Shown here: piece after piece, positions 1 to 12,405 of the stretch
How positions within the stretch are numbered: position 1 is the first letter of the stretch
Layout of the letters: the number at the start of each line of letters is the position of its first letter
Source: Halomonas sp.
GTDB taxonomy: Bacteria; Pseudomonadota; Gammaproteobacteria; Pseudomonadales; Halomonadaceae
Reading direction: 5' to 3'
Assembly: GCF_052095765.1 (NCBI RefSeq)
Contig: NZ_JBQDJZ010000001.1
Location: 11,090-75,089, forward strand
DNA: 64,000 nucleotides
The notes under the pieces: generated by a model
The model's input: the letters and a program-made list of their open reading frames with translations, nothing else
The model's database searches: none
Told to the model about the DNA's origin: nothing
Position numbers and translations under genes: made by a program

Positions 1-1356
1 GGCCTGGCCAAAGGCCGGCAGGTACTTGCCAAGCACGCCGTAGCGGTTCATGCGCCGCAGTTGGCGGGCCACGTTGCCCGGTGCCCGCAGCAGACGCATG
101 AACAGCGCCTGGTGCTGGGGGCTGGCGCGGAAGCGGTCGTCGATCAAATGTCGGTGATCGCGGATCAGGCGGATGGTGTCGGCGCGTACGCCCTCGATGT
201 GCGGGTGCTCGGCCATCAGCGCAAACAGTTCCAGTAGTGCGGCAGGGTCGTCGTTGAATACCCGGCGCTGGCAGGCCTGAATGTAGCCGGCTTTGATCTC
301 GAAACGCGCGTTGAGCGGTTCGATGATCGGGTCTTCACCGGCGTGCAGGATGACCTCGTCGAAATGCTGCAACAGCATATCGTTGAGCCCGGCCAGCGCG
401 GTGACGTGGCGGTAGTAGCGTTTCATGAAACTTTCCACCGCCAGACGCTCGGGGGTGTCACGAAAGCCAAATAGCTCGGCGATGGCCGCCTGATGATCAA
501 ACAGCAGGCGGTCTTCGGCGCGACCAGCCAGCATGTGCAGCGCATAGCGTACCTGCCACAGGAAGGCTTGGCCCTGGCTGAGGATGTGCAGCTCGGCATC
601 GTTCATGAAGCCGCCGGCCACCAGCTGTGAATAATGCTCGGTGCCGAAGTGACGCTTGGCCACCCAGCCGATCATCTGGATATCACGCAGCCCGCCGGGA
701 GAGCTCTTGATGTTGGGCTCCAGGTGGTACTCGGAATTGTTGAAGCGGCGGTGGCGGGCGATCTGTTCCTGCCACTTAGCCTCGAAGAAGAGCTCAGAGG
801 GCCATAGCTGCTTGGTGGCAAGTCGCTCCTGCATGGCTTCGCGCAAGCGCTCTGGGCCGGCTAGGGTGCGTGTTTCGATCAGATTGGTGATAATGGTGAT
901 ATCGGCGCTGGCTTCACGCTCACAGTCGTTCAGTGAGCGTACGCTATGGCCGATCTCAAGGCCGATATCCCACAGGAAGGTGATGAAAGCGCTGAGCGGT
1001 TCGCGGTAGGCGCTGTCGTCGTCGTGTTCAAGCAGGATCTGCAGGTCCACATCAGAGTGCGGATGCAGTTCGCCACGGCCATAGCCGCCCACCGCCAGCA
1101 GGGCGATGCCGTCATCTTGCCAGTCATGCTGCTGCCAGGCGACTTCTAGCAGGCGGTCGAGACACCACGCGCGGCCACGCACCAGGTCGCGAATGTCGCT
1201 GCCGGTGTGGAAGCGTTCGTCGAGCCGCGCCTGGATTTCGCCCAGCGCGGCCTTGAATGGCGCGATGGGCGATCGGCTGCCGGCAAGCTCGCTGCGAAAG
1301 CCCTCGATATCGAACAGGCTGGTGTCAGGATGAAACTGATAATGGTGCAGCAGCAT
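1..1356 (-). CDS. glnD: [protein-PII] uridylyltransferase/uridylyl-removing enzyme, N-terminal part (runs off the window start)
   Basis: Manual translation from ATG at 1356: MLLHHYQF...ALLAVGGYGRGELHPHSDVDLQILL...EYHLEPNIKSSPGGLRDIQ. These are the GlnD nucleotidyltransferase motifs. Conserved position downstream of map. Not in the ORF track because it is truncated. Confidence 0.95.
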   Translation of the reverse strand, partial: MLLHHYQFHPDTSLFDIEGFRSELAGSRSPIAPFKAALGEIQARLDERFHTGSDIRDLVRGRAWCLDRLLEVAWQQHDWQDDGIALLAVGGYGRGELHPHSDVDLQILLEHDDDSAYREPLSAFITFLWDIGLEIGHSVRSLNDCEREASADITIITNLIETRTLAGPERLREAMQERLATKQLWPSELFFEAKWQEQIARHRRFNNSEYHLEPNIKSSPGGLRDIQMIGWVAKRHFGTEHYSQLVAGGFMNDAELHILSQGQAFLWQVRYALHMLAGRAEDRLLFDHQAAIAELFGFRDTPERLAVESFMKRYYRHVTALAGLNDMLLQHFDEVILHAGEDPIIEPLNARFEIKAGYIQACQRRVFNDDPAALLELFALMAEHPHIEGVRADTIRLIRDHRHLIDDRFRASPQHQALFMRLLRAPGNVARQLRRMNRYGVLGKYLPAFGQA

Positions 1357-1368
1357 AGGGTGGTCAGC

Positions 1369-2160
1369 TCAGTCAGCGAGGAAGGAGAGGTCTTCGTCGC
1401 TGCGGGCGGTGAGCACCTCCACGCCAGTGGCGGTGACCAGCAGGGTGTGCTCCCACTGGGCAGTCAGGCTCTTGTCGCGTGTCACGGCGGTCCAGCCGTC
1501 GCGCAACACCTTGGTCTGGTACCCGCCAACGTTGATCATCGGCTCGACGGTGAAGCACATGCCTTCGGCCAGCACCAAGTCGGCCTCGGGAGCATAGCCG
1601 TCGTAGTGCAGCACCTGGGGGTCTTCGTGGAAGCCTGCACCAATGCCGTGGCCGCAGAAGTCGCGAACTACCGAGTAGCCGTTGGCTTCAGCGTGTTCCT
1701 GGATGGCGCGTGCCAGTTCTGACAGTCGTGCGCCCGGGCGAATCAATGCCATGCTGCGGTACAGGCATTCCTGGGTGATGCGGCACAGACGTTCGCCCTG
1801 GATGCTTTCGCCGATGATGTACATCACGCTGGAGTCGCCGTGGTAGCCGTCGGCAGTTTTTACCGTGACGTCCAGGTTCATGATGTCGCCTTTCTTGAGC
1901 GACTTCTTGTCATCGGGAATGCCGTGGCATACTACGTGATTGATCGAGGTGCAGACCGATTTGGGGAAACCGTGGTAGTTGAGCGGAGCCGGCGTCGAGC
2001 CGAGGGTGTTGACGATATAGTCGTGGCACAGGCGGTCAATTTCGCCGGTGGTGACGCCAGCCTTTATGTAGGGGGCAATCATTTCGAGCACGCTGGCAGC
2101 CTGACGGCCGGCTTCGCGCATCTTGGTGATTTCGTCGAGCGTCTTGATGGGTACGTTCAT
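1369..2160 (-). CDS. map: Methionine aminopeptidase type I
   Basis: Motifs CTSINHVVCHGIP, DVTV, HGDSS, GHGIG..FHEDP, TVEPM, AQWEHT; divergent from rpsB. Confidence 0.97.
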   Translation of the reverse strand: MNVPIKTLDEITKMREAGRQAASVLEMIAPYIKAGVTTGEIDRLCHDYIVNTLGSTPAPLNYHGFPKSVCTSINHVVCHGIPDDKKSLKKGDIMNLDVTVKTADGYHGDSSVMYIIGESIQGERLCRITQECLYRSMALIRPGARLSELARAIQEHAEANGYSVVRDFCGHGIGAGFHEDPQVLHYDGYAPEADLVLAEGMCFTVEPMINVGGYQTKVLRDGWTAVTRDKSLTAQWEHTLLVTATGVEVLTARSDEDLSFLAD

Positions 2161-2361
2161 GGGTTCTCGAGGTCAGAGGAGTGTCGCTGCACAGCGCTGA
2201 TAGCATGGTGTAGCTTCATCTTGCAGTCGATCTATGGTATAAAGCTGCGCGCTTTCCTGCAAATTCACCGACAAGTTCCATCATGCCAGTCGTCTGGATG
2301 CTGTGCTGTCATTGGAATGGCAGGGTGAGCGCTATATCAATTGTAATGTAATGCCTTGAAA

Positions 2362-2445
2362 ACACACATGCACCGACACATGGTCCCGGGTGCTTTCGGT
2401 TCGCCGATAGTCGGATCCATGGGGTGCGTGGAGGCCTAACCCGAT
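2362..2445 (+). ncRNA. rpsB 5' leader (t44-like / S2 autoregulatory element)
   Basis: ACACACATGCACCGACACATGG...CCATGGGGTGCGTGGAGGCCTAACCCG has the shape of the conserved leader between map and rpsB; boundaries approximate. Confidence 0.75.
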
Positions 2446-2460
2446 TTTCAGGAGTTATCC

Positions 2461-3225
2461 ATGTCACACGTCAATATGCGCGATCTGCTGAAGGCAGGCG
2501 CTCACTTCGGTCACCAGACCCGTTATTGGAATCCGAAGATGAGCAAGTACATCTTCGGTGCGCGCAACAAGATTCACATCATCAACCTCGAGCATACGCT
2601 GCCGGCCCTCAATGAGGCTATCGATGTGGTTGAGAAGATGGCGGCGTCGAACAACAAGATCATGTTCGTCGGCACCAAGCGCAGCGCCAGCAAGGTTATC
2701 AAAGAAGAGGCTAACCGCGTTGGTCAGCCCTTCGTCAATCATCGCTGGCTCGGTGGTATGCTGACCAACTTCAAGACTATTCGCCAGTCGATCAAGCGTC
2801 TGCGTGAACTTGAGGGAATGCGTGAAGACGGCACCTTCGAAAAGCTGACCAAGAAAGAGGTCCTGATGGCGACCCGCGAGCAGGATAAGCTCGAGCGCTC
2901 CATCGGTGGTATCAAGGACATGGGCGGTTTGCCTGATGCGCTGTTCGTCATCGATGTCGATCATGAGCGAATTGCTATCAACGAAGCCAACAAACTGGGT
3001 ATTCCGGTGATCGGTGTGGTTGATACCAACTCCAATCCGGATGGTGTTGACTACATCATTCCGGGTAACGATGACTCGATTCGTGCTATACAGATCTACG
3101 TCAAGGCTATTGCAGACGCCTGTGGCCGTGCCAAGGAGGGTCGCCCTGACGAGTTCGTCGAGGTTAACGAGGCCGCCGCCGAGCCAGCTGCTAGCGAAAA
3201 CGAAAGCAGCGCCGCCGCCGAGTAA
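2461..3225 (+). CDS. rpsB: 30S ribosomal protein S2
   Basis: [42 protein letters not shown]; RBS AGGAG. Confidence 0.99.
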   Translation: MSHVNMRDLLKAGAHFGHQTRYWNPKMSKYIFGARNKIHIINLEHTLPALNEAIDVVEKMAASNNKIMFVGTKRSASKVIKEEANRVGQPFVNHRWLGGMLTNFKTIRQSIKRLRELEGMREDGTFEKLTKKEVLMATREQDKLERSIGGIKDMGGLPDALFVIDVDHERIAINEANKLGIPVIGVVDTNSNPDGVDYIIPGNDDSIRAIQIYVKAIADACGRAKEGRPDEFVEVNEAAAEPAASENESSAAAE

Positions 3226-3267
3226 TCAGCAGCCTGCCCTAGGCGTTGTGCCTCAAAAGATGTGAAG

Positions 3268-3289
3268 AAAGGGGCTGCGGCCCCTTTTT
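3268..3289 (+). terminator. Intrinsic terminator/attenuator between rpsB and tsf
   Basis: AAAGGGGC-TGCG-GCCCCTTT followed by more T. Confidence 0.7.
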
Positions 3290-3388
3290 AAAACATGCCA
3301 GGGCGAGGTGGGGCCGCCGACATCTGTGTCGACGGCAGACTTTCAGGTCGGCCTGTTTTTCAGGCCGAACTATTAGAGGAAATTAATC

Positions 3389-4261
3389 ATGGCAGCTATC
3401 AGCGCCTCTCAGGTCAAGGAACTGCGTGATCGTACTGGTCTTGGCATGATGGAGTGCAAGAGCGCACTCACAGAAGCCGGTGGCGATATCGACGTCGCGA
3501 TTGAAAACCTGCGTAAGAATTCCGGCCTCAAAGCCGCCAAAAAGGCTGGCCGTACCGCCGCCGAAGGCGTCGTGGTTACCCGTGTTGCTGAAGACGGCAA
3601 CTACGGCGTGATGGTTGAGATCAACTCTGAGACGGACTTCGTCGCCCGTGATGACAACTTCAAGGCGTTTGCCGATCGTATCGCCGACGCTTTCTTCGCT
3701 GCCAAGAACGAAGACGTGGCAGCAGTGATGGCCGGTGAGCTGGAAGAAGTCCGCGAGCAGTTGGTGCAGAAGATCGGTGAAAACATCGGCGTGCGTCGCT
3801 GCGTGGTAGTCGAGGCCGCTCCGCAGGGAACGCTGGTCGGAGAGTATGTCCATGGTGGTCGCATCGGTGTGCTGACTGTGCTGAAAGGCGGCAACGCTGA
3901 AGTCGGCAAAGATGTGGCCATGCACGTGGCGGCCATCAATCCGGCTGTGGCGCTGCCTGAGGATATGCCCCAGGAACACCTGGATGCTGAAAAATCCATC
4001 ATCATGGCTCAGCCCGATATGGCCGGCAAGCCCGAGCAGATCGCTGAGAAAATGGTCCAGGGTCGCCTGAAGAAGTACCTGGCGGAGAACAGCTTGACCG
4101 AGCAGCCGTTCGTCAAGGATCCGAACCAAAGCGTCGCCGAGTTCGTAAAAGCGGCGGGTGGTGAAGTCGTTTCTTTCACGCGCTTTGAAGTGGGTGAAGG
4201 CATCGAGAAGGAAGAAGTCGATTTCGCTCAGGAAGTCATGGAGCAGGCAGGCCGTAAGTAA
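3389..4261 (+). CDS. tsf: Elongation factor Ts
   Basis: [44 protein letters not shown]. Confidence 0.99.
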   Translation: MAAISASQVKELRDRTGLGMMECKSALTEAGGDIDVAIENLRKNSGLKAAKKAGRTAAEGVVVTRVAEDGNYGVMVEINSETDFVARDDNFKAFADRIADAFFAAKNEDVAAVMAGELEEVREQLVQKIGENIGVRRCVVVEAAPQGTLVGEYVHGGRIGVLTVLKGGNAEVGKDVAMHVAAINPAVALPEDMPQEHLDAEKSIIMAQPDMAGKPEQIAEKMVQGRLKKYLAENSLTEQPFVKDPNQSVAEFVKAAGGEVVSFTRFEVGEGIEKEEVDFAQEVMEQAGRK

Positions 4262-4280
4262 GGCTGTCCGTTTCGTTATA

Positions 4281-4310
4281 CGAAAGCGTGCGCGTAAGCG
4301 CACGCTTTCG
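4281..4310 (+). terminator. Perfect 13-bp hairpin downstream of tsf
   Basis: CGAAAGCGTGCGC-GTAA-GCGCACGCTTTCG; no strong U-tract. Confidence 0.55.
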
Positions 4311-4381
4311 CGTGTTCGGTCGGTGCATCCGGCCGCATCATCCCCCACGCTGTCAACTCTGCTCGACCCGGAGATAACGTT

Positions 4382-5146
4382 ATGAGCCAAGCTGAAACCG
4401 CCACGCCCAGGTCTGATAAGTCACGCCCTCAGGTATCCAAGTTCAAGCGTATTTTGCTCAAGCTGTCAGGCGAGGCACTTACTGGAAATGCTGAGTTTGG
4501 TATTGACCCGCAGGTGCTGGACCGGATGGCGCTGGAGATTGGTCAGCTTGTCGGTATTGGCGTTCAGGTCGGTATCGTGGTGGGCGGTGGCAACCTGTTT
4601 CGCGGCGCGGCACTGCATGAGGCGGGCATGGATCGGGTAACTGGTGACCACATGGGCATGCTGGCAACAGTGATGAATGCACTGGCTATGCGCGATGCGC
4701 TGGAGCGCTCCAATATCCGCTCCCGGGCCATGTCAGCCATCCCTATGACAGGTGTGGTGGAGCACTATGACCGTCGGACGGCTATCCGCTACCTGACCTC
4801 TGGTGACGTGGTATTGTTCGCTGCGGGAACGGGTAATCCGTTCTTTACCACCGACTCGGCGGCCTGCCTGCGCGGCATCGAGATTGATGCTGATGTGGTG
4901 ATCAAGGCCACCAAGGTCGATGGAGTGTATGACAAGGACCCGGTGAAATATTCCGATGCGGTCAAGTACGAGCGTCTTTCCTACGACGATGCGCTTGACC
5001 AGAAACTGGGTGTCATGGATTTGACCGCCATTTGCCTTGTGCGTGACCATGACATGCCGGTGCGGGTGTTCAACATGAACAGGCCTGGCGCGCTGCTGAA
5101 TCTGGTAGTGGGCGGCCGGGAAGGAACGCTGATTGATAGAGGGTAA
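4382..5146 (+). CDS. pyrH: Uridylate kinase
   Basis: [36 protein letters not shown]. Confidence 0.99.
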   Translation: MSQAETATPRSDKSRPQVSKFKRILLKLSGEALTGNAEFGIDPQVLDRMALEIGQLVGIGVQVGIVVGGGNLFRGAALHEAGMDRVTGDHMGMLATVMNALAMRDALERSNIRSRAMSAIPMTGVVEHYDRRTAIRYLTSGDVVLFAAGTGNPFFTTDSAACLRGIEIDADVVIKATKVDGVYDKDPVKYSDAVKYERLSYDDALDQKLGVMDLTAICLVRDHDMPVRVFNMNRPGALLNLVVGGREGTLIDRG

Positions 5147-5150
5147 CATC

Positions 5151-5708
5151 GTGATTGACGATATCAGGAAAGATGCGCAAAGCCGCATGAAAAAAAGCGT
5201 TGAGGCGCTGCATAACAACTTCAACAAGATCCGCACCGGTCGGGCACACCCGAGTATTCTGGATGCCGTTCAGGTTGATTACTACGGCGGTATGGTACCC
5301 ATCAGCCAGGTGGCATCGGTGAATGTCGAAGATGCGCGGACCCTCAGCATTGTGCCTTGGGAGCAGGGTATGGTTGCCAAGGTGGAAAAGGCCATCATGA
5401 CGGCTGAGCTGGGCCTCAACCCGTCGAGCGCGGGCAATGTGATTCGCGTTCCGATGCCTATGTTGACCGAAGAAACGCGCAAGGGATATATCAAGCAAGC
5501 GCGCCAGGAAGCAGAAGCGGCGCGGGTTTCGGTACGCAACGTGCGTCGCGACGCCAATAACGATGTCAAGGCGCTGCTTAAGGACAAGGATATTTCCGAG
5601 GATGAAGCCCGTCAGGGTGAGGACGCCATTCAGAAGATCACTGATGCCACAGTGGCTGATATTGACAAAGCGCTGGAGTCCAAGGAACAGGATCTGATGC
5701 AGGTCTGA
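5151..5708 (+). CDS. frr: Ribosome recycling factor
   Basis: [25 protein letters not shown]; GTG start at 5151 preferred over the track start at 5133. Confidence 0.97.
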   Translation: MIDDIRKDAQSRMKKSVEALHNNFNKIRTGRAHPSILDAVQVDYYGGMVPISQVASVNVEDARTLSIVPWEQGMVAKVEKAIMTAELGLNPSSAGNVIRVPMPMLTEETRKGYIKQARQEAEAARVSVRNVRRDANNDVKALLKDKDISEDEARQGEDAIQKITDATVADIDKALESKEQDLMQV

Positions 5709-5787
5709 AGGCGGTCTTGCCTGGCGGCAGTGAGCGTTGAGCTGCCGCCACCGCTTCCCCTGATGTTGAGCAGCCATAAGAGGCACC

Positions 5788-6546
5788 ATGACGTCATCGA
5801 CACCGGGCCTTCTGCCTGAGGGTTCAAAGCCACGTCACGTCGCCATCATCATGGATGGCAACAATCGCTGGGCTAAGGCCCGCGGGCAGTCTGGAATCCG
5901 CGGGCATCATGCCGGGGTTGAGGCTGTGCGTGCGGTCATTCGCCGGGCGGCTGAGCAAGAAATTGAAACCCTGACATTGTTCGCTTTTTCCAGCGAAAAT
6001 TGGCGCCGTCCGCGCACTGAGGTCGAGGCCCTGATGCAGCTTTTTCAGCTGGCGCTGCAGCGTGAGGTCAAGAAACTGCATCGCTATGGTATTCGCCTAT
6101 CGGTCGTTGGCGATCGCGAAGGTCTTCCTGCGGTCGTACGCAAGCATATTGACAAGGCCGAAGCGCTGACCGCTGACAATACCCGCCTGCATCTGGTCAT
6201 TGCTGCTAACTACGGTGGTCAGTGGGATATCGCCCGGGCCGCCCGTCGTCTGGCCGAGCGTGTCGATCGGGGTGAGATAAGTCCGCTGGATATCGATGAA
6301 AACAGTCTGGGGCAGGCGATGTGTCTGGCGACTGATGCGCCGGTCGACCTGTGCATCCGCACCAGCGGAGAGCAGCGTATCTCCAACTTCATGCTTTGGC
6401 AGATGGCTTATGCCGAGCTCTATTTCACCTCGGTTCTGTGGCCGGATTTCGGTGCCGATGCCTTTGATGCAGCGTTGCTGGATTTTGCCGGACGTAAACG
6501 TCGCTTTGGCAGGACTGATGATCAGGTAGAGGACGCCGGTGCTTAA
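5788..6546 (+). CDS. uppS: Undecaprenyl/isoprenyl diphosphate synthase
   Basis: HVAIIMDGNNRWA, FAFSSENWRRP, IRTSGEQRISNFMLWQMAYAE. Confidence 0.98.
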   Translation: MTSSTPGLLPEGSKPRHVAIIMDGNNRWAKARGQSGIRGHHAGVEAVRAVIRRAAEQEIETLTLFAFSSENWRRPRTEVEALMQLFQLALQREVKKLHRYGIRLSVVGDREGLPAVVRKHIDKAEALTADNTRLHLVIAANYGGQWDIARAARRLAERVDRGEISPLDIDENSLGQAMCLATDAPVDLCIRTSGEQRISNFMLWQMAYAELYFTSVLWPDFGADAFDAALLDFAGRKRRFGRTDDQVEDAGA

Positions 6547-7339
6547 ACAACGCATTATTACCGCCCTGTGGTTGTTCGTGGTAGCCGGAGTCGGCCTATT
6601 TGTGCTGTCCGGCAGTGCCTTCACGGTCTTTACTGCTGCTGTTGTGTTGTTGGGAAGCTGGGAGTGGGCCAACCTGGCCGGGTTGTCATCTACCGGCAAG
6701 CGCCTGCTGGCGGTGGTCGCCATGGCGGCAGTGTTAGCGCTTATGTATGCCACCGGCAATGTTTTGGCAACCTGGCCGCTGTGGGTCGCAGCGGCAGGCT
6801 GGCTGGTCAATCTTTACTGGGTGATCGGCTACCCCGGGCGTGTGGGACAGTGGAGCGGCATGGCCATGCGCCTGCTGATGGGGTTGTGGGTGCTGGTAAC
6901 GGCCTGGGTCGGACTTAACGTGCTGCGCGACCTGGGGGCCATCTGGCTGCTGTACGTGCTGCTGCTGGTGTGGAGTGCAGATATCGGCGCTTACTTCGTT
7001 GGCCGTGCTTTTGGTAAGCGCAAACTGGCGCCAAGCGTCAGCCCCGGCAAGTCCTGGGAGGGTGTGTTTGGTGGAGCGGCACTGACAGCGTTACTGGCCA
7101 TTGGGTTTGCCTTGGGCATGAAGCTTGGCCTGGGTAGTGGTCTGTTACTGCTGGCGGCTACGGTTGTCGTGTCGTTGGCTTCGGTGCTGGGTGACCTGCT
7201 CGAAAGCATGCTCAAACGCTACCGCGGCATCAAGGATTCCAGCAATCTGTTGCCGGGCCACGGTGGCGTACTTGATCGTATCGACAGCCTTACTGCAGCG
7301 GCGCCTCTGTTTGCGCTGTTCAAGGTGCTGGGCTCATGA
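6539..7339 (+). CDS. cdsA: Phosphatidate cytidylyltransferase
   Basis: Multi-TM protein with SPGKSWEG and [19 protein letters not shown]. Confidence 0.97.
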   Translation: MLKQRIITALWLFVVAGVGLFVLSGSAFTVFTAAVVLLGSWEWANLAGLSSTGKRLLAVVAMAAVLALMYATGNVLATWPLWVAAAGWLVNLYWVIGYPGRVGQWSGMAMRLLMGLWVLVTAWVGLNVLRDLGAIWLLYVLLLVWSADIGAYFVGRAFGKRKLAPSVSPGKSWEGVFGGAALTALLAIGFALGMKLGLGSGLLLLAATVVVSLASVLGDLLESMLKRYRGIKDSSNLLPGHGGVLDRIDSLTAAAPLFALFKVLGS

Positions 7340-8568
7340 GCCGACGCCTAGCGGTTACGGTACTTGGCGCCACCGGTTCAATAGGTGCCAGCACCCTTGA
7401 TGTTCTGGCTTGCCACCCTGATCGCTACCGTGTGTATGCGCTTACTGCCCACCGCTCTCGGGAAACCCTGCTGAGCGCCTGTCTGCGCCATTGCCCTGAA
7501 GTCGCCGTTATCGACGCGCAAGCGGATGCACGCTGGCTGCGTACTGCGCTACGCAAGGCTGGGCTGGGTACCGAAGTGAGGCATGGTGCCGAGGCGCTGG
7601 TTGATGTCAGCCAGGCTGGCGAAGTTGATGTGGTCATGGCAGCGATCGTCGGCGCCGCCGGTCTGCTACCGACCCTGGCGGCAGTGCGCGCGGGTAAGCG
7701 GGTGCTGCTGGCCAACAAGGAGGCGCTGGTGATGTCCGGCGCGCTATTCATAGATGAAGTTGCTCGGCATGGTGCAACGCTTCTGCCCATCGATTCTGAA
7801 CATAATGCTATCTATCAGTGTCTACCTACCGAACTGAGCGGTGGCCAGGCAGGCTCTCATTCTCATGGGCAGGGGAGCCGTCTGGCGCAACATGGCGTGA
7901 CGCAGCTACTGTTGACGGCGTCGGGCGGCCCTTTCCGCGGCTGGAGTGCTGAAGCACTGGCTAAAGTGACCCCGGATCAGGCGTGTGCCCATCCTAACTG
8001 GTCCATGGGGCGCAAGATATCCGTCGATAGCGCCACTTTGATGAACAAGGGGCTGGAGCTGATCGAAGCCTGCTGGCTGTTCGATGCGCGGCCTGATCAG
8101 GTGCAGGTGGTTGTTCATCCGCAGAGCGTGGTGCACTCCATGGCAGCTTACAGCGATGGCTCGGTGCTGGCGCAGCTTGGCAATCCGGATATGCGCACGC
8201 CTATTGCCTATGGTTTGGCTTGGCCTGAGCGGATTGACGCCGGTGTCAGGCCGCTGGACTTGTTTGAAGTGGCAAGGCTGGATTTCGAGGCACCGGACGA
8301 GACGGCGTTTCCGTGCCTGCGCCTGGCCCGCGACGCCATGCAAGCTGGTGGGACCGCGCCAGCCATTCTTAACGCCGCCAATGAAGTCGCCGTGGCGTCT
8401 TTTCTTGGGGGCAGGCTCGGATTTGATGGCATACCTGAGCTTGTGGCCCGGGTCCTTGAGGCGTGTCCGGTAACTGATGCCAGTGAGCTTGACGCCGTGC
8501 TGGATGCTGATGCCAGGGCTCGGAATGAGGCCAGTGTCCGGCTGACTCAATGTCAGGCTTACCAATAA
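7336..8568 (+). CDS. dxr: 1-deoxy-D-xylulose-5-phosphate reductoisomerase
   Basis: [45 protein letters not shown]. Confidence 0.98.
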   Translation: MSRRLAVTVLGATGSIGASTLDVLACHPDRYRVYALTAHRSRETLLSACLRHCPEVAVIDAQADARWLRTALRKAGLGTEVRHGAEALVDVSQAGEVDVVMAAIVGAAGLLPTLAAVRAGKRVLLANKEALVMSGALFIDEVARHGATLLPIDSEHNAIYQCLPTELSGGQAGSHSHGQGSRLAQHGVTQLLLTASGGPFRGWSAEALAKVTPDQACAHPNWSMGRKISVDSATLMNKGLELIEACWLFDARPDQVQVVVHPQSVVHSMAAYSDGSVLAQLGNPDMRTPIAYGLAWPERIDAGVRPLDLFEVARLDFEAPDETAFPCLRLARDAMQAGGTAPAILNAANEVAVASFLGGRLGFDGIPELVARVLEACPVTDASELDAVLDADARARNEASVRLTQCQAYQ

Positions 8569-8590
8569 TGACAGCTTCCAGGAGATTGAC

Positions 8591-9946
8591 GTGGGTCTGA
8601 TCCAGAACGTTCTGGCCGTCATTGTCGTACTCGGCCTGCTGGTGACATTCCATGAGTTCGGGCACTTTTGGGTAGCCCGGCGCTGTGGCGTCAAGGTACT
8701 GCGGTTCTCTGTTGGCTTTGGCCGACCGCTGTGGTCACGCTACGACCGGCATGGCACCGAGTTTGCCGTGGCCGCCATTCCGCTGGGTGGCTACGTCAAG
8801 ATGCTGGATGAGCGTGAGGGCGGAGTCGATCCCGCCGATGCGGATCAGGCATTCAACCGTAAATGTGTGTGGCAGCGCATTGCTATTGTGGCCGCAGGGC
8901 CGATTGCCAACTTCTTGCTGGCCATCGTTGCCTATTGGCTGTTGTTTGTTGTGGGAACCACCGCAGTAGTGCCCACCATTGGTCAAGTGGCGCCAGGCTC
9001 TCCTGCTCAGCAGGCGGGTCTGCAGGCAGGCCAGGAAATCAGCGCTGTACAGGGCGAGCGGGTGCGTACTTGGGAAGATATCGGTCTCAAACTGATAGCC
9101 CATATCGGCGTTACCGGCGTTCTGGATGTTGAGGCGCATGGTGGAAACAGCCAGGTCGCACGCTCTTATGCGGTGCCGGTTAACGACTGGCTGGTGGGCC
9201 AGGATCCGCCTCAGCCGCTGCAGAGCCTGGGTGTAGTACCCTGGCGTCCGGCTGTACCGGCAATAATTGGCCAGCTGCTGGAGAATGAGCCGGCGCAGCA
9301 GGCCGGGCTCATGGTGGGTGACAAGGTACTCAGTGTTGCTGGCGAACCGATAGCTGACTGGCACGCATTTGTTGAGCGCGTTCAGGCCAGTCCGGGCCGT
9401 GAGCTGACGCTTGACGTGGCGCGTGATGGTGAGGTGTTATCTCTGGGCATCATACCAAGCCACAAGGCCAACGCGGGTCAGAGCATTGGCTATATCGGTG
9501 CCGGCGCCGAGGCGGTAAACTGGCCAGGCTCGGCTGTGCGAGATATCCGTTACGGGCCGCTCGAAGCGGCAGGGCAGGCTGTGCAGCGTACCGGCGAAAT
9601 GACGCTGCTGACGCTGGGAGCTATCCGTAAGATGCTCGTCGGGTTGATTTCTCCTAGCAATCTGTCAGGTCCGATCACCATTGCACGTATTGCTGGAGAT
9701 TCGGCGCGCTCTGGTCTGGAAGGTTTTATCAGCTTTTTGGCTTACCTGTCGATCAGCCTCGGGGTGTTGAACCTGCTGCCGATTCCGATGCTGGATGGGG
9801 GGCACCTGATGTTTTACCTGATTGAGGCGGTCCGCGGTAGACCAGTTTCTGAGCGGGTTCAGGATGTGGGCCTGAGAATCGGTATTGCCCTGGTGGGTAC
9901 GCTGATGCTCATGGCACTGTATTTCGACGTGATGCGACTGTGGTAG
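8591..9946 (+). CDS. rseP: RIP metalloprotease RseP
   Basis: HEFGH zinc motif, PDZ domains, [12 protein letters not shown]. Confidence 0.97.
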   Translation: MGLIQNVLAVIVVLGLLVTFHEFGHFWVARRCGVKVLRFSVGFGRPLWSRYDRHGTEFAVAAIPLGGYVKMLDEREGGVDPADADQAFNRKCVWQRIAIVAAGPIANFLLAIVAYWLLFVVGTTAVVPTIGQVAPGSPAQQAGLQAGQEISAVQGERVRTWEDIGLKLIAHIGVTGVLDVEAHGGNSQVARSYAVPVNDWLVGQDPPQPLQSLGVVPWRPAVPAIIGQLLENEPAQQAGLMVGDKVLSVAGEPIADWHAFVERVQASPGRELTLDVARDGEVLSLGIIPSHKANAGQSIGYIGAGAEAVNWPGSAVRDIRYGPLEAAGQAVQRTGEMTLLTLGAIRKMLVGLISPSNLSGPITIARIAGDSARSGLEGFISFLAYLSISLGVLNLLPIPMLDGGHLMFYLIEAVRGRPVSERVQDVGLRIGIALVGTLMLMALYFDVMRLW

Positions 9947-10037
9947 GCTGTTGCGACGGCTTGTCAGCAGACCATACAAATGTATAAGGTGCCTGTCAGA
10001 AAATGGGTGGGCAGATCAACTTGAGCGAATCGACTGC

Positions 10038-12383
10038 ATGAAGATCAAGAACATCGGACTGGCGGCTGTGCTGCTGGCCAGTGCCAGTGTGGCACAGGCG
10101 GATCCCTTTGCGATCAGGGATATTCGTGTGGAAGGCCTGCAGCGGGTGTCTGCTGCCTCAGTGTTCAACGCCTTTCCTGTAAGTGCCAGTCAGACAGTAG
10201 ACGAGCGACAGCTAGCTGCTGCGGCACGCCAGCTGTTTGCTACGGGGTTATTCGATGATGTGCGTCTGGCCCGTGAGGGCGACATACTGATTATCGAAGT
10301 TGAAGAGCGCCCGACCATTTCACGCCTGAACATTCAGGGTAACAAGCAGATCTCCAATAACGATCTGCGCAATGGCTTGCGTGAAGCCGGTCTCGACGAG
10401 GGGCAGGTGCTGCAGCTTTCAACACTGGAAGAGCTCGAACGTGAGCTGGCCGGGGTCTATCAGGCCCAGGGCCGTTACAGCGCCAGGATCAAAACCAGTG
10501 TTGAGCCTGCGGGTGCTGGCCGGGTTCAGGTCAATATCGACATCGATGAAGGCGCAATAGCGCGTATCCGCCAGCTGAATATCGTCGGCAATAAAGCCTT
10601 TGACGATGACACCCTGCGTGATGTCTTCGAGCTGGAAGACACCCCCGGCTGGTTCTTTGGCTGGTTTTCTGACGACAAGTATTCGCGTCAGGCACTATCC
10701 GGTGACTTGGAGCGTCTGCGCTCCTACTATCTTGACCGCGGCTATGTGAACTTTAATGTCGACTCCACCCAGGTGTCGATCAGCCCTGATAAGTCGCAGA
10801 TTTATATTACTGTCAACATCACTGAAGGCAGGCAGTACCGGCTGGGAAATATCAGTTTTGCTGGCGACATGCGTATACCCGAGCGTGAAGCCAGGGAGTT
10901 GCTGCAGGTCAACAGTGGAGACATCTTTTCACTCAGCGATGTCACGGCTTCATCCGAAGCGCTGCGCTCGCGGCTGGGAGCCGAAGGCTTTGCCTTTGCC
11001 GAGATCAACGGTATTCCCGAAGTCAGTACCAGTGGTGATGCCGTGGATCTGACCTTCGCGGTAAATGCGGGGCGGCGTGCCTATGTGCGGCGTATCGAGT
11101 TCGTTGGTAACACCACGACCCAAGACGAAGTGCTGCGTCGTGAAATGATCCAGATGGAAGGCGCTCCGGCCTCAACCGACGCGATTGCCCAGTCCCGCCA
11201 ACGTCTAGAGCGGTTGGGCTTTTTCAAGCAGGTTGAAGTGCAGACAGAGTCGGTGCCGGGTGCGGGCGATCAGCTGGATGTGACCTATACCGTTGAAGAG
11301 CAGCCTTCAGGCTCGATATCTGCGAGTATCGGTTATTCACAGAGCGCGGGTGTGATTTATGGAGCCGCACTGGCCCAGGATAACTTCCTCGGCACAGGAA
11401 ACCGCGTGAATATCGGTGCCCAGCGCAGTGACTACTACACCAGCGTTAACTTTGGCTTCACCGACCCCTACTGGACGCTGGATGGCATCTCCCGAGGCTA
11501 CCACCTGTTTTATCGTGAAACCAATTACCGAGACACCGATATATCGACCTACTCGACGGATGCCATCGGTGGCGGGATCAACTTCGGCTATCCGATCAAT
11601 GAAGTCACACGCCTGAATTTCGGTGCGGATATCGAGAGCCTCAAGATAAAGACCTATCGGGATACACCGTCCGAGATCGAGCGTTATGCGCAGGATCAGG
11701 GCGCCAGAGCCGATTCGTTGCGCTTGCTGGCCAGCTGGACGCGTAATGATCTGAACCGCGGCCTTATGCCGACTGCGGGTAACTATCATCGTCTTTCCAT
11801 GGAAGCCTCGGTGCCCGGCTCTGACGCCCAGTTCTACAAGATGCGGGCCCAAGCGCGCCATTTCTTCCCCTTCAACGAAGAAGAAACTTGGACCCTGAAG
11901 TTCAGTGCTGAAGCGGGCTATGGAGACAGCATTGGCAGCGATCCCTACCCGTTCTATGAGAACTTCTTCGCAGGTGGCCTGGGGTCGGTGCGCGGTTACA
12001 CCTCCAGCACCCTGGGGCCGCTTACTACGCCTCGGGGTAACGGTGGCATAACCACGATGGGTGGTAACGTGCTGATTCAGGGCAGCGCTGAGTTGATTTT
12101 TCCGATGCCATTTGTGGATGACCAGCGCTCAGTGCAGCCGTCGCTGTTTGTTGATGGCGGCAACACCTTCCTGACATCCTGCTACAAGGTGATGCCAGAG
12201 GATCAGTCGCGCCAGCGCTGCAAGTCCGGTGTTGATCTTGGCGAGCTTCGCTACAGCGCGGGCATAGGGCTTTCTTGGCTGACCCCGGTAGGGCCGCTGA
12301 CGTTCAGCATAGCCAAGCCGATTAACAAGAAAAGCGATGATGACACCCAGGTGTTCCAGTTCTCACTGGGTCAGACATTCTGA
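10038..12383 (+). CDS. bamA: Outer membrane protein assembly factor BamA
   Basis: Signal peptide from ATG 10038, POTRA repeats (IRVEGLQRV), VRGY loop motif, C-terminal FQFSLGQTF. Confidence 0.97.
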   Translation: MKIKNIGLAAVLLASASVAQADPFAIRDIRVEGLQRVSAASVFNAFPVSASQTVDERQLAAAARQLFATGLFDDVRLAREGDILIIEVEERPTISRLNIQGNKQISNNDLRNGLREAGLDEGQVLQLSTLEELERELAGVYQAQGRYSARIKTSVEPAGAGRVQVNIDIDEGAIARIRQLNIVGNKAFDDDTLRDVFELEDTPGWFFGWFSDDKYSRQALSGDLERLRSYYLDRGYVNFNVDSTQVSISPDKSQIYITVNITEGRQYRLGNISFAGDMRIPEREARELLQVNSGDIFSLSDVTASSEALRSRLGAEGFAFAEINGIPEVSTSGDAVDLTFAVNAGRRAYVRRIEFVGNTTTQDEVLRREMIQMEGAPASTDAIAQSRQRLERLGFFKQVEVQTESVPGAGDQLDVTYTVEEQPSGSISASIGYSQSAGVIYGAALAQDNFLGTGNRVNIGAQRSDYYTSVNFGFTDPYWTLDGISRGYHLFYRETNYRDTDISTYSTDAIGGGINFGYPINEVTRLNFGADIESLKIKTYRDTPSEIERYAQDQGARADSLRLLASWTRNDLNRGLMPTAGNYHRLSMEASVPGSDAQFYKMRAQARHFFPFNEEETWTLKFSAEAGYGDSIGSDPYPFYENFFAGGLGSVRGYTSSTLGPLTTPRGNGGITTMGGNVLIQGSAELIFPMPFVDDQRSVQPSLFVDGGNTFLTSCYKVMPEDQSRQRCKSGVDLGELRYSAGIGLSWLTPVGPLTFSIAKPINKKSDDDTQVFQFSLGQTF

Positions 12384-12405
12384 CTTTTGCCATGGAGTTT
12401 GATGC

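Noticed and set aside
3383-4390. 335-aa antisense ORF over tsf, plus similar long antisense ORFs (21753-23060, 23492-24586, 39023-40156)
   Set aside because: Shadow frames of well-supported genes in GC-rich DNA, with no recognisable motifs
9951-10037. N-terminal extensions from the track (bamA 9951; also rho 23384, dnaE 17223, proX 31859, DAHP 27882)
   Set aside because: Downstream starts give canonical N-termini or signal peptides and better RBS positions
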